Source of the DNA: Candidatus Marinacidobacterium sp.
GTDB lineage: Bacteria > Acidobacteriota > Vicinamibacteria > Marinacidobacterales > Marinacidobacteraceae
Assembly (NCBI GenBank): GCA_965204755.1
Contig: OZ242011.1
Span: forward strand, 3,289,656-3,353,655
Direction of reading: 5' to 3'
DNA: 64,000 bases
Shown here: piece by piece, positions 38,944 through 48,244 of the stretch
Numbering within the stretch: position 1 is the stretch's first letter
How the letters are laid out: the number at the start of each line of letters is the position of its first letter
Translations under genes and position numbers: made by a program
The notes under the pieces: model-generated
Told to the model about the DNA's origin: nothing
Database searches by the model: none
Seen by the model: the letters and a program-made list of their open reading frames with translations, nothing else

Positions 38944-40065
38944 GTGCGCTCTGAAATCGGTGGGGGGCCGTTCCAGCCCGGTTCCGGCGTACTCCCGCCG
39001 CACCTCGCCGGGCGGGAGCGGGAGCAGGACCTCTTCCGGACGCTGCTCGCCCGACTCGACCGCGGCGAGGCGCCGCCCGGAGAAGTCATCCTCTACGGGC
39101 CGCGCGGCAACGGCAAGACGGCGCTCCTCGCGTGGGTCAGCGAGTTTGCGAGCGAGTCCACCGGCGTGGATGTCGAGGAACGCACGCCGTCGGAGTTCGA
39201 TTCCCCGGCCGGACTGGCCGAGTTGTTGTTGCCGAAGTCCTGGTGGAAGACCGTCGGCCCCGAGGAGGTCGGCGTTCGGGGGATCACTTGGCGCCCGGGC
39301 CGGCGATCGGCAGCCCCGACCCCCGCCGAAGTCCTCGCTCTTCGGGCCGGGAGGAAACCGTTGGTCGTGCTTCTCGACGAAGCGCACACTCTCGACCCCG
39401 AAGTCGGCCGCGCTCTCTTGAACGCGGCGCAGAAGGTCCGGCGCTCGGCGCCGTTTCTCCTGGTGTTGGCGGGAACTCCGAACCTTCGCGACCACTTGGC
39501 GTCCATGGGCGCCTCTTTCTGGAACCGCGGCCGGAAGTTGCGGATCGGACGCCTGGACGAGAGCGCCGCGGCGGAGGCGATACGGGAGCCGCTGGCGGCC
39601 GAAGACATCACCATCGCGGACGATGCGTTGGAGCACTTGGTTCGCGACAGCCACGGGTATCCGTTCTTCGTCCAACTCTGGGGCGAAGCGGTGTGGGCTC
39701 GCGCCGTCGAGACCTCACGGCAACAGGTCGTCTCCGAGGATGTGCGCGCCTGCCAAACCGTTTTCGACGAGCAGCGGGACGACTACTACGCCGACCGTCA
39801 CGACGAATTGGAAGAACTGCGGCTGCTGCGCCCGGCGCGGGCGGTCGCGGAGACCTTCGAGTCGCGTCCCGCCCTCTCCGGCGGCGAACTGGAGGCCGCC
39901 ATCCGGCGAGGTTTCGGCGAGGACGCCGGCGATGACGAAGTGAACGCGGCGGCGCAGCAGTTCCGCCATCTCGGCTACATCTGGCGGGCCGGAACCCGTC
40001 GGCTGTGGGAACCGGGCATTCCCAGCCTGATGGACTACATCCTCCGGGAGGTCCCCCCGCCATAG
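38944..40065 (+). CDS. AAA+ ATPase (AAA_16/ORC-Cdc6-like P-loop NTPase)
   Basis: ILYGPRGNGKTALL Walker A, VVLLDEAHTL Walker B. GTG start preceded by a duplicated upstream region. Confidence 0.7.
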   Translation: MRSEIGGGPFQPGSGVLPPHLAGREREQDLFRTLLARLDRGEAPPGEVILYGPRGNGKTALLAWVSEFASESTGVDVEERTPSEFDSPAGLAELLLPKSWWKTVGPEEVGVRGITWRPGRRSAAPTPAEVLALRAGRKPLVVLLDEAHTLDPEVGRALLNAAQKVRRSAPFLLVLAGTPNLRDHLASMGASFWNRGRKLRIGRLDESAAAEAIREPLAAEDITIADDALEHLVRDSHGYPFFVQLWGEAVWARAVETSRQQVVSEDVRACQTVFDEQRDDYYADRHDELEELRLLRPARAVAETFESRPALSGGELEAAIRRGFGEDAGDDEVNAAAQQFRHLGYIWRAGTRRLWEPGIPSLMDYILREVPPP

Positions 40066-40085
40066 AATTCCGGCGGGAGGCGGCG

Positions 40086-41501
40086 ATGTTGACGGGGATG
40101 CGCCTGCGGGGCTTCAAGTCGTGGAGGGATACGGGCGACATCGAGTTACGGCCGATCACCGCGTTCTTCGGCCTGAACGGTTCCGGGAAGACGAGTCTCC
40201 TGCAGGCGCTGCTGCTGCTGAAACAGACGGCGGAATCGCCGGGCCGCGGGCAGGTCTTCCACTTCGGGGACGGTCGGTCGGCGGTGGACCTCGGCGACTT
40301 CACCGATGCGGTGCATCGGCGCGATGCCGATGCCGCGCTGGGCGTTTCCCTCGATTGGACCGCGGACTCCGAGGTACGCGTTCGCGACGGCGACTTGCGC
40401 GAAGTCGCCGTCTCGGATTCCCTCGGGTTCTCGGTGGTCGCGGCGCGGGAAGGCGAGAGATCGCCGGAGACGACCGTGCGCGAGATTACTCATCGCGTCG
40501 GGAACTCCTGCTTCGGGATGCGGCGCGGGAAACGGGGTTACCGGTTGTTCGCCGATGCCGGGGAGTTTCGCTTCCGCAGGCGGCGGCGCCATGCGGAGAC
40601 TCTTCCCCCGCCGGTGTCCTGCTACAGGTTTCCGGCCGCTTCTCGCCAGGTGTTCGAGAACGCCGACTGCCTCTCCGCTCTCGAGCGTCCCCTGGAGCGG
40701 CAGTTGGACCGCCTCTACTACCTGGGGCTCTCGAGGGCGCGTCCGGAGCGACGGTATGTTTGGGTCGGCGCCCGCCCGCCGGATGCGGGGCGGTCGGGGG
40801 AGTTGGCCGTGGCGGTCCTCCTGGCGGCGCGCGCGGACGCAGACGGGATCGCGACGGAGCAGGGCGGGGACGGGCGCAGCCCGGAGGAGCAGGTGGAGCA
40901 CTGGCTGCGGGAAATGGGCCTCGTCCATACCTTCCGCGTCGCGCCGCTGGTCCCGGGACTGTTCGAAGTGCTCGTTCGCCAGACGCCGCACTCGGCGGAA
41001 GTCCCGATCACCGGTGCGGGTTTCGGGGTCGCGCAGGCGCTTCCGGTGTTGGCGCTCTGCTTCCACGCCCCCGAGGGTTCCACCATCCTCCTCGAACAGC
41101 CGGAAACCCGACTGCATCCGTCGGCCCAGTCCGCGCTCGCCGACGCGCTCCTCGACGCGCGGCGGCGCCGGGGGATCCAGTTCCTGATCGAGAGCCACAG
41201 CGAGCACTTGCTGCGGCGGCTCCAGCGGCGCGTCTCCGATGAGACTCTCTCCCACGAGGAAGTCGGGCTGTGGTATTGCGAGAACGAAGAAGGGGAGTCG
41301 TGCCTCACCGACTTGTCGCTGGATCGTTTCGGCGCCACCGGGTATTGGCCGGAGGGGCTCTTCGGAGACCAGTTCCGCGAAGTGGTCGAGATCGCCGAGA
41401 ATCGCCTGCGCCGGAGCATGGCCGAGGAAGAGAAGGAACCGGGCGCGCCCGCCTCGCCCTCGCGCCCGGAAGCGGGCGGGAGCGTGCCGGAAGCCGATTG
41501 A
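40086..41501 (+). CDS. ABC-type ATPase (AAA_21) with C-terminal DUF3696-like domain
   Basis: FFGLNGSGKTSLLQALLLL Walker A; LLEQPETRLHP D-loop; ESHSEHLL H-loop; C-terminal LWYCENEEGESCLTDLSLDRFGATGYWPEGLFGDQF. Confidence 0.7.
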   Translation: MLTGMRLRGFKSWRDTGDIELRPITAFFGLNGSGKTSLLQALLLLKQTAESPGRGQVFHFGDGRSAVDLGDFTDAVHRRDADAALGVSLDWTADSEVRVRDGDLREVAVSDSLGFSVVAAREGERSPETTVREITHRVGNSCFGMRRGKRGYRLFADAGEFRFRRRRRHAETLPPPVSCYRFPAASRQVFENADCLSALERPLERQLDRLYYLGLSRARPERRYVWVGARPPDAGRSGELAVAVLLAARADADGIATEQGGDGRSPEEQVEHWLREMGLVHTFRVAPLVPGLFEVLVRQTPHSAEVPITGAGFGVAQALPVLALCFHAPEGSTILLEQPETRLHPSAQSALADALLDARRRRGIQFLIESHSEHLLRRLQRRVSDETLSHEEVGLWYCENEEGESCLTDLSLDRFGATGYWPEGLFGDQFREVVEIAENRLRRSMAEEEKEPGAPASPSRPEAGGSVPEAD

Positions 41502-41513
41502 GCGGCCGCGGCT

Positions 41514-41870
41514 CTACGCGCCGCTGCCGGTCAGGTCGCCGGACAGGCGGGCGCTCACCAGGCGGTTCAGGCTGACGCCTTCCTCCGCCGCCCGCAGTGC
41601 GAGAGCGCGGTGGACTTCCGGCGGGAGGCGGACGAGGAACCGGCCGCTGTAGCGCCGGTCGGCGAGCGGGGTCGGGATGTGTTCACCGTGCGCCTCCAGG
41701 TCGCGCAGAACCTCGGCCACCAGCGAGCGGATACCGGAGAAGGCGCGGTTCGGGGTGGCGGCGAGCCGACTGAGCGACGGGAACTCCAAGCAGAGCCCCA
41801 CATGCTCCCCGTCCTCGGGAGACCAGGTGACGCGGTAGGTGTAGCGGTCGCGGATCGGCGGTCGGTTCAC
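41514..41870 (-). CDS. hicB: HicB-family antitoxin (RNase-H-like fold + RHH), orphan (no hicA)
   Basis: YRVTWSPEDGEHVGLCLEFPSL ... SGRFLVRLPPEVHRALALRAAEEGVSLNRLV, typical HicB architecture. Confidence 0.7.
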   Translation of the reverse strand: MNRPPIRDRYTYRVTWSPEDGEHVGLCLEFPSLSRLAATPNRAFSGIRSLVAEVLRDLEAHGEHIPTPLADRRYSGRFLVRLPPEVHRALALRAAEEGVSLNRLVSARLSGDLTGSGA

Positions 41871-41874
41871 GGGA

Positions 41875-41896
41875 CGATACCGGTAATGGTATCGAG
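41875..41896 (-). promoter_or_regulatory. perfect inverted repeat CGATACC-GGTAAT-GGTATCG directly upstream of the hicB start codon (candidate operator)
   Basis: 7-bp arms and a 6-bp spacer, read directly from the sequence. Begins about 5 nt upstream of the start codon. Confidence 0.4.
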
Positions 41897-42037
41897 ATTC
41901 CGACGGGGGCGGCGTCCGCGCCCGCCGGACACTCCCCGCCCCGGCGGTTGCGCCGGGCGGGGCGCGCCCGGTACGCTCGGGGCCCCCCGAGGGGGCGCCG
42001 GGGCCGCGGGGCGTCGGCGGGAACCGAGGAGTCGGGA

Positions 42038-42529
42038 ATGAACCACAGCGTCCGGATCACCGTGAACGGCGAGGCCTCCGAGCACGAGGTCGAGCCGCGC
42101 CTGCTGCTCTGCCACCTGCTGCGCGACCGGTTGCGGCTGACCGGCACGAACATCGGCTGCGACACCTCGCAGTGCGGGTCGTGCACCGTCCTGCTGGACG
42201 GGAAGGCCGTCAAGTCCTGCACCGTCCTCGCGCTCCAGGCCGACGGGGCGGAGGTCACCACCATCGAAGGGCTCGCCGGGGAGGACGGGCTCCACCCGAT
42301 CCAGCAGGCCTTCTGGGACCACCACGGCCTGCAGTGCGGGTTCTGCACGCCGGGGATGATCCTGACGGCGGTCGAGATCCTGGATCGGAACCCGGAGGCC
42401 GGCGACTCCGAGGTGCGCCACGGGCTCGAAGGCAACATCTGCCGGTGCACCGGCTACCAGAACATCGTGAAGGCCATCGTCGCCGCCGGGGCGCGCGAAG
42501 AAGCCGGCGCCGGCGAAAGCGCCGACTGA
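42038..42529 (+). CDS. coxS: [2Fe-2S]-binding small subunit of xanthine dehydrogenase/CO dehydrogenase family
   Basis: GCDTSQCGSCTV, CGFCTPG, NICRCTGY cysteine motifs. Start at internal ATG (MNHSVRITVNG). Confidence 0.8.
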   Translation: MNHSVRITVNGEASEHEVEPRLLLCHLLRDRLRLTGTNIGCDTSQCGSCTVLLDGKAVKSCTVLALQADGAEVTTIEGLAGEDGLHPIQQAFWDHHGLQCGFCTPGMILTAVEILDRNPEAGDSEVRHGLEGNICRCTGYQNIVKAIVAAGAREEAGAGESAD

Positions 42530-42623
42530 CGCGGCGGGCCGCTCACCGAGAACACCGCACCGCGACAGCGACAGCGAACGAGACACGCCGACCGGAACCG
42601 GAACACCGGAAGGGAGGAACGCC

Positions 42624-44984
42624 ATGGGCCGTTACATCGGCGCCGCGATGAAGCGGCGGGAGGATCCCCGTTTCCTGCAGGGGAAGGGGAGTTATGTGGC
42701 CAACCTCGACCTGCCCGGCATGGCGCATGTGGCGGTCGTCCGCAGCCCGCACGCCCACGCCCGCATCCTCTCGGTGGACGCTTCCGCCGCGCTGGCGATG
42801 CCCGGCGTCCTCCGGGTGTTCCTCGGGAAGGACTTCGCGGACGGCGGCTGCGGGGCGCTCCCCTGCGGCTGGCTGGTCCCGGACACCAAGGTGCCCGAGC
42901 GGCTGATCGTCTGCACCGACCGCGTCCGGCATGTGGGGGACTCGGTGGCGGTCGTCGTCGCGGAAGACCCCTACGCCGCCGCCGACGCCGCGGAAGCGGT
43001 GGTCGTCGAGTACGAGCCGCTGCCGGCGGTCACCGACGCCCGGAAGACCACCGAGCCGGACGCGCCGAAGGTCCACGACGGGATCGAGGACAACACCTCC
43101 TACCACTGGGAACTCGGCAACCGCGAGGTCGTGGAGAAAGCGCTCGCCGAGGCGGCGCACACCGTCGAAGTCGAAGTCGTGAACCAGCGGCTCATCCCCA
43201 CCGCGATGGAGCCCCGCGCGGCGGCCGCCCGCTGGGACGCCGCGACCGAGGAGATGACGGTCTGGACGACCAGCCAGAACCCGCACCCGATCCGGCTGCT
43301 CCTCTCCGCGTTCACCCTCGGCATCCCGGAGAGCCGGCTGCGGGTGATCTCGCCGGATGTGGGCGGCGGCTTCGGGAGCAAGATCTTCCACTACCCGGAA
43401 GAGGTGATCGTGCCGTGGGTGGCGCGCGAAATCGGCCGCCCGGCGAAGTGGGTGGCCACCCGCTCCGAGAGCCAGGTGACCGACTCCCACGGGCGCGACC
43501 ATGTGACCGCGGCCCGGCTGGCGCTCGACGCCGAGGGCAACTTCACCGGGCTCGAAGTCGAGACCTGGGCGAACCAGGGGGCCTACCTCTCCACCTTCGC
43601 CCCGCTGATCCCCACCGCGCTCTACATCACCCTCCTCTCCGGCAACTACCGGATTCCCGGGGTCGTCGGGAAGATGCACGGGACGCTCACCAACACCGTG
43701 CCGGTGGACGCCTACCGGGGCGCCGGGCGGCCGGAAGCGGCCTACCTGGTCGAGCGGCTGGTGGACCTGGCCGCCGCCGAGACCGGGATGGACCCGCTGC
43801 AGATCCGGATGCAGAACGCGATCCCGAAGGAGGACTTCCCCTACCAGACGCCGGTGGCCTTCTGCTACGACAGCGGCGACTACCACCGGCTGCTCGACGC
43901 CGCGAGCGACCTCGCCGACTACCCCGCTCTCAGGGCCGAGCAGGAGCACGCGCGGTCGGAGGGGCGGCTCCGCGGCGTGGGGATCGTCTGCTGCATCGAG
44001 GCCAGCGGGCCGGCGCCGTCGGCCGTCGCCGGATCGCTCGGCTCGGCGGTGGGGTTCTGGGAGAGCGGCGAAGTCCGCGTCCACCCCACCGGGCAGGTGA
44101 GCGTCTACACCGGCTCGCACTCGCACGGGCAGGGGCACGAGACCACCTTCGCCCAGGTGGTGGCCGACGAACTGGGCATCCCCATCGAGAATGTGGAGGT
44201 CGTCCACGGCGACACCGGGCGCGTCCACTTCGGCATGGGCACCTACGGCAGCCGCAGCGCCTGCGTGGGCGGCTCGGCGCTGGTCGAAAGCGCCCGCAAG
44301 GTGCGGGAGAAGGCGGTGAAGATCGCCGCGCACCTGCTCGAGGCCGCCGAAGAGGATGTGGTCTTCGACCGGGAGACCGGGCGGATCCAGGTCCAGGGGT
44401 CGCCCGACCGGGGGAAGGACTTCGGCGAAGTCGCCTTCGCCGCCTACACCGCGCATAACCTGCCGGAGGGGATGGAGCCGGGGCTGGGCTTCACCAGTTT
44501 CTACGACCCCTCGAACTTCACCTTCCCGGCCAGCGCCCACATCTGCGAGGTGGACATCTCGCCGGACACCTGGGAAGTGCGGGTCCTCCGCTACTGCGCG
44601 GTGGACGATGTGGGGAAGGTCATCAACCCGATGATCGTGGAGGGGCAGATCACCGGGGGCATCGTGCAGGGCGTCGGGCAGGCGCTCACCGAGTACGGGG
44701 CCTACGACGACGAGGGGCAGCCGCTCGCCGGGACGCTCCTCGACTACGCGGTGCCGCGGGCGGACCTCGTCCCGGAGATCGCGGTGGCCCGGATCGAGAC
44801 GCCCTCGCCGCACAACCCGCTCGGGGTGAAGGGGGCGGGGGAGATGGGGACCATCGCCGCGACCGCGGCGGTGGCGAACGCGGTGCACGACGCGCTCGCG
44901 CCGCTGGGCGTCCGGCAGGTGGACATGCCGCTCACCCCGGAGCGGATCCACGCCGCGGTCGCCGCCGCTTCCGCCGCTTCCTGA
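42624..44984 (+). CDS. coxL: molybdopterin-binding large subunit, form II CoxL-like (xanthine dehydrogenase family)
   Basis: 786 aa with [12 protein letters not shown] (the AYRGAGR form-II signature, not the form-I VAYRCSFR). GGGFGSK motif. SD-like GGGAGG upstream. Confidence 0.8.
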   Translation: MGRYIGAAMKRREDPRFLQGKGSYVANLDLPGMAHVAVVRSPHAHARILSVDASAALAMPGVLRVFLGKDFADGGCGALPCGWLVPDTKVPERLIVCTDRVRHVGDSVAVVVAEDPYAAADAAEAVVVEYEPLPAVTDARKTTEPDAPKVHDGIEDNTSYHWELGNREVVEKALAEAAHTVEVEVVNQRLIPTAMEPRAAAARWDAATEEMTVWTTSQNPHPIRLLLSAFTLGIPESRLRVISPDVGGGFGSKIFHYPEEVIVPWVAREIGRPAKWVATRSESQVTDSHGRDHVTAARLALDAEGNFTGLEVETWANQGAYLSTFAPLIPTALYITLLSGNYRIPGVVGKMHGTLTNTVPVDAYRGAGRPEAAYLVERLVDLAAAETGMDPLQIRMQNAIPKEDFPYQTPVAFCYDSGDYHRLLDAASDLADYPALRAEQEHARSEGRLRGVGIVCCIEASGPAPSAVAGSLGSAVGFWESGEVRVHPTGQVSVYTGSHSHGQGHETTFAQVVADELGIPIENVEVVHGDTGRVHFGMGTYGSRSACVGGSALVESARKVREKAVKIAAHLLEAAEEDVVFDRETGRIQVQGSPDRGKDFGEVAFAAYTAHNLPEGMEPGLGFTSFYDPSNFTFPASAHICEVDISPDTWEVRVLRYCAVDDVGKVINPMIVEGQITGGIVQGVGQALTEYGAYDDEGQPLAGTLLDYAVPRADLVPEIAVARIETPSPHNPLGVKGAGEMGTIAATAAVANAVHDALAPLGVRQVDMPLTPERIHAAVAAASAAS

Positions 44985-45009
44985 GCGGCCCACCGAGAGG
45001 GGAACCCGG

Positions 45010-45882
45010 ATGTATCCGACTTCTTTCGACTACCACCGGCCCGCCTCGCTCGCCGAGGCGGTCGGCCTGCTCCGCGACCTGAAGGGCGGCGGGAAGGAGG
45101 CGAAGTTGCTCGCCGGCGGGCACAGCCTGATCCCGGCGATGAAACTCCGCGTCGCCCGGCCGGCCGCGGTGGTGGACATCGGGCGGCTGCCCGGCCTGTC
45201 CGGCATCGCCGACGACGGCGACGGCCTCACCCTGGGCGCGCTCACCACGCACGCCGAGGTGGCGGACTCGGAGGCGGTTCGGCGGGACTGTCCGCTGCTC
45301 GCCGAGGCCGCCGCCGCCATCGGGGACATCCAGGTGCGGAACCGGGGCACCTTGGGCGGGAGCCTCGCCCACGCGGATCCCGGCGCCGACTACCCGGCGG
45401 CGATGCTGGCGCTGGACGCGGAGATCACCGCGGTCGGGCCGGACGGCGAGCGGCGGTTCGGGGCGGCGGAGTTCTTCCTGGACATCTTCTCGACCGCGCT
45501 CGGGGACACCGAGGTGATCACTTCCGTCCGCGTGCCGAAGGCGCCGGGCGGGGCCTACCTGAAGCACCGGCACCCGGCGTCGAGTTACGCGGTGGTGGGC
45601 GCGGCGGCGCGGGTGGAGTTGGACGGCGGCGGGGCGGTGTCCGCGTGCGCGCTGGGGATCGGCGGCGTCGTCGGGAAGGCGGTGCTGGCCCGGGGCGCGG
45701 CGGAGGCGCTGGCCGGCGGGCCGCCCACGAAGGAGCGGATCGCCGCGGCCGCGGCGAGGATCGCGGAGAGCCTCGAGAACCCGATGGGCGACCTCTACGC
45801 CTCCGGCGAGTTCCGGACGCACCTGGCCGGGGTGTACGGCGGCCGGGCCCTGGCTCTCGCCGCCGAGCGGGCCGGCCGGTAA
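45010..45882 (+). CDS. coxM: FAD-binding medium subunit (CoxM-like)
   Basis: LLAGGHSLIPAMKLR ... RNRGTLGGSLAHADP FAD-binding motifs. Confidence 0.8.
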   Translation: MYPTSFDYHRPASLAEAVGLLRDLKGGGKEAKLLAGGHSLIPAMKLRVARPAAVVDIGRLPGLSGIADDGDGLTLGALTTHAEVADSEAVRRDCPLLAEAAAAIGDIQVRNRGTLGGSLAHADPGADYPAAMLALDAEITAVGPDGERRFGAAEFFLDIFSTALGDTEVITSVRVPKAPGGAYLKHRHPASSYAVVGAAARVELDGGGAVSACALGIGGVVGKAVLARGAAEALAGGPPTKERIAAAAARIAESLENPMGDLYASGEFRTHLAGVYGGRALALAAERAGR

Positions 45883-45986
45883 ACGGTCGGTCCGCCGCCG
45901 TCTTCTTCGCGGGCGATGACGGCGAGCCATTGATGGCGAGCCCTCGACGGTGAGCCCTCGACGGTGAGCGCCTCGACGGTGAACGC

Positions 45987-46958
45987 TTGACGGCGGAAAC
46001 GACCGGCGGCGGGGCGGCGGCCGCGTCCGAGCGCCCGGCCGCCGCGAGCAGCGGGGCCGGGTCGGTCCCCGAACTGCGGGAGGCGCTGGCGGCGCGGGGA
46101 TACCTCGCCGACCCGGCGCTCGCGACCGCGCTCTACCTGGCGCTGCGGCTCGAACGGCCGCTGTTCCTCGAAGGGGAAGCCGGGGTCGGGAAGACGGAAC
46201 TGGCGAAGGTGACCGCCTCGCTCACCGGCGCGCCGCTGATCCGGCTGCAGTGCTACGAGGGGCTGGACATCGCCCAGGCGGCCTACGAGTGGAACTACAC
46301 CCGGCAGATGCTCGCCATCCGGCTGGCCGAGCGGTCGGGGGAGGCGATCGGGCAGGGGGACCTCTTCGGGCCGGAATACCTGCTGCGCCGGCCGCTGCTG
46401 ACCGCGCTCGAGTCCTCCACCGGGGAGTCCCGCCCGGTGCTGCTCATCGACGAAGTGGACCGGAGCGACGAGGAGTTCGAGGCCTACCTGCTCGAAGTCC
46501 TCTCCGACTTCCAGATCACCATCCCGGAGATCGGGGCGATCCGCGCCGCCGCGCCGCCGGTGGTCGTCCTGACCTCGAACCGGACGCGCGAAGTCCACGA
46601 CGCGCTGAAGCGGCGCTGCCTCTACCACTGGATCCCCTATCCGGACTACCGGCGGGAGTTGGAGATCGTCCGCGAGCGGGTGCCCCAGGCGGCGGCCCGG
46701 CTGGCGGCGGAGGCGACGCGGTTCGCGCAGGAACTCCGCGAGTTGGACCTGTTCAAGCGGCCCGGCGTCTCGGAGACCCTGGACTGGACGACCGCGCTGG
46801 CGGCCCTCGGCCAGACCGCGCTGGACGAAGCCGCGGTGGACCGGACGCTGGGGGCGCTCCTGAAGTACCGGGACGACCTGGACCTGGTGCGGGGGGAGCG
46901 CGCGGCGGCGATCCTGGCCCGCGTGGACGCCCCCGCCGGCGACTCGGCCGGGCCGTGA
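45987..46958 (+). CDS. coxD: MoxR-like AAA+ ATPase CoxD
   Basis: LFLEGEAGVGKTELAK Walker A, VLLIDEVDRS Walker B, VVVLTSNRT sensor. Confidence 0.75.
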   Translation: MTAETTGGGAAAASERPAAASSGAGSVPELREALAARGYLADPALATALYLALRLERPLFLEGEAGVGKTELAKVTASLTGAPLIRLQCYEGLDIAQAAYEWNYTRQMLAIRLAERSGEAIGQGDLFGPEYLLRRPLLTALESSTGESRPVLLIDEVDRSDEEFEAYLLEVLSDFQITIPEIGAIRAAAPPVVVLTSNRTREVHDALKRRCLYHWIPYPDYRRELEIVRERVPQAAARLAAEATRFAQELRELDLFKRPGVSETLDWTTALAALGQTALDEAAVDRTLGALLKYRDDLDLVRGERAAAILARVDAPAGDSAGP

Positions 46959-48226
46959 GCGGAGCGGGCCGCGACCCCGCCCGGCGCCCGCCCGAAGTCA
47001 CCGGCGCGGCCCGGGCTGCGCGGGATTCGTCGGCGCCGGACTCGCCGGCGCCCGGCGGTTCGGTCGGGCTTCCGCCGCTGCTCCAGAACCTCACCCTCTT
47101 CGGGCGGCTCCTTCGCGGACTGGGACTCCCGGTCTCCACCGCGCGGATGCTCGACCTGGCGGAGGCGCTGCCGCTGCTGGATGTCTTCCGGCGGGAGGAG
47201 TTCCACGCGGCGGCGGCGGCCCTGCTCATCCACCGGCGCGAGGACCGGGAACTCTTCGACGCGGCGTTCCGCCTGTTCTGGGAGACGCCGCCCGACCGCT
47301 GGAGCCGGGCGAAGTTGCCGGGGACGCCGCTCGCCCGGCCCCGGCGTCCGCCCCCGGCCACCTTCCGCATCGCGCAGGGGGCGGCCGCCGGAGCGGACGA
47401 CGACCGGCCGCCGCGCCCGGTGGCGCAGCGCACCTGGAGCGACCGGGAGGTCCTGGAGCGGCGCGACTTCTCCGACCTCGACGCCGACGAACTCCGCGAG
47501 GTGCAGCGGCTCATCCGCGAGGCCGGCTGGGAGGCGGCGCGCCGGCGGGTGGTGCGGTGCCGGCCCGGCGGCCGCCGGGCGCTCGACCTCCGGCGGACGC
47601 TGCGCCGGGGCCTGCGCTCCGGGGGCGAGTGGATGCGCCTCGAACGGCGGCGCCGCCGGGAGAAGCCGCGTCCGGTGATCGCGCTGGCCGATGTGAGCGG
47701 CTCGATGGAGCGGACCGCGCGGGTGCTCCTCCACTTCCTCTACGGGCTGGCGCAGGGCTCGCCGGGGCGGGTGGAGGCGTTCGTCTTCGCCACCCGGCTG
47801 ACCCGGCTCACCCGCAAGTTGTCCGACCGCCGGGTGGACCGGGCGCTGGCCCAGGCGTCGGAGGCGGTCCGCGACTGGTCGGGCGGCACCCGGATCGGCG
47901 AGGCGCTGCGCCGGTTCAACCACGACTGGGCGCGGCGGCTCCCCACTTCCTCGGCGGTGGTGGTGCTGGTGAGCGACGGCTGGGATCGGGGGGACCCGGC
48001 GCTCACCGCGGCGGAGATGGAGCGGCTGCGGGGGCTGGCCTGGCGGATCGTCTGGCTGAACCCGCTGCTCGCCGACCCCGGCTACGAACCGCTGACCCGC
48101 GGGATGCGGGCGGCGCTCCCCTTCGTCCACGACTTCCTCGCGGTGAACGACCTGCGGAGCGTCCGCGAACTCGCCGAACACCTGCGCCGGCTGGGGCGGC
48201 GGCCCGCGCCGGGTCGCGCCGCATAA
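46955..48226 (+). CDS. coxE: VWA-domain protein CoxE
   Basis: C-terminal VWA domain (ALADVSGSM ... VVLVSDGWD) inside ORF 46250..48226. GTG start overlaps the coxD stop (GTGA). Confidence 0.7.
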   Translation: MSGAGRDPARRPPEVTGAARAARDSSAPDSPAPGGSVGLPPLLQNLTLFGRLLRGLGLPVSTARMLDLAEALPLLDVFRREEFHAAAAALLIHRREDRELFDAAFRLFWETPPDRWSRAKLPGTPLARPRRPPPATFRIAQGAAAGADDDRPPRPVAQRTWSDREVLERRDFSDLDADELREVQRLIREAGWEAARRRVVRCRPGGRRALDLRRTLRRGLRSGGEWMRLERRRRREKPRPVIALADVSGSMERTARVLLHFLYGLAQGSPGRVEAFVFATRLTRLTRKLSDRRVDRALAQASEAVRDWSGGTRIGEALRRFNHDWARRLPTSSAVVVLVSDGWDRGDPALTAAEMERLRGLAWRIVWLNPLLADPGYEPLTRGMRAALPFVHDFLAVNDLRSVRELAEHLRRLGRRPAPGRAA

Positions 48227-48244
48227 TTCCGGCGGAGGGAACGA

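Noticed and set aside
41870-42037. A hicA toxin gene upstream of hicB
   Set aside because: No ORF of suitable size or composition in any frame in the 165-nt gap. The region instead holds the palindrome and the coxS promoter region.
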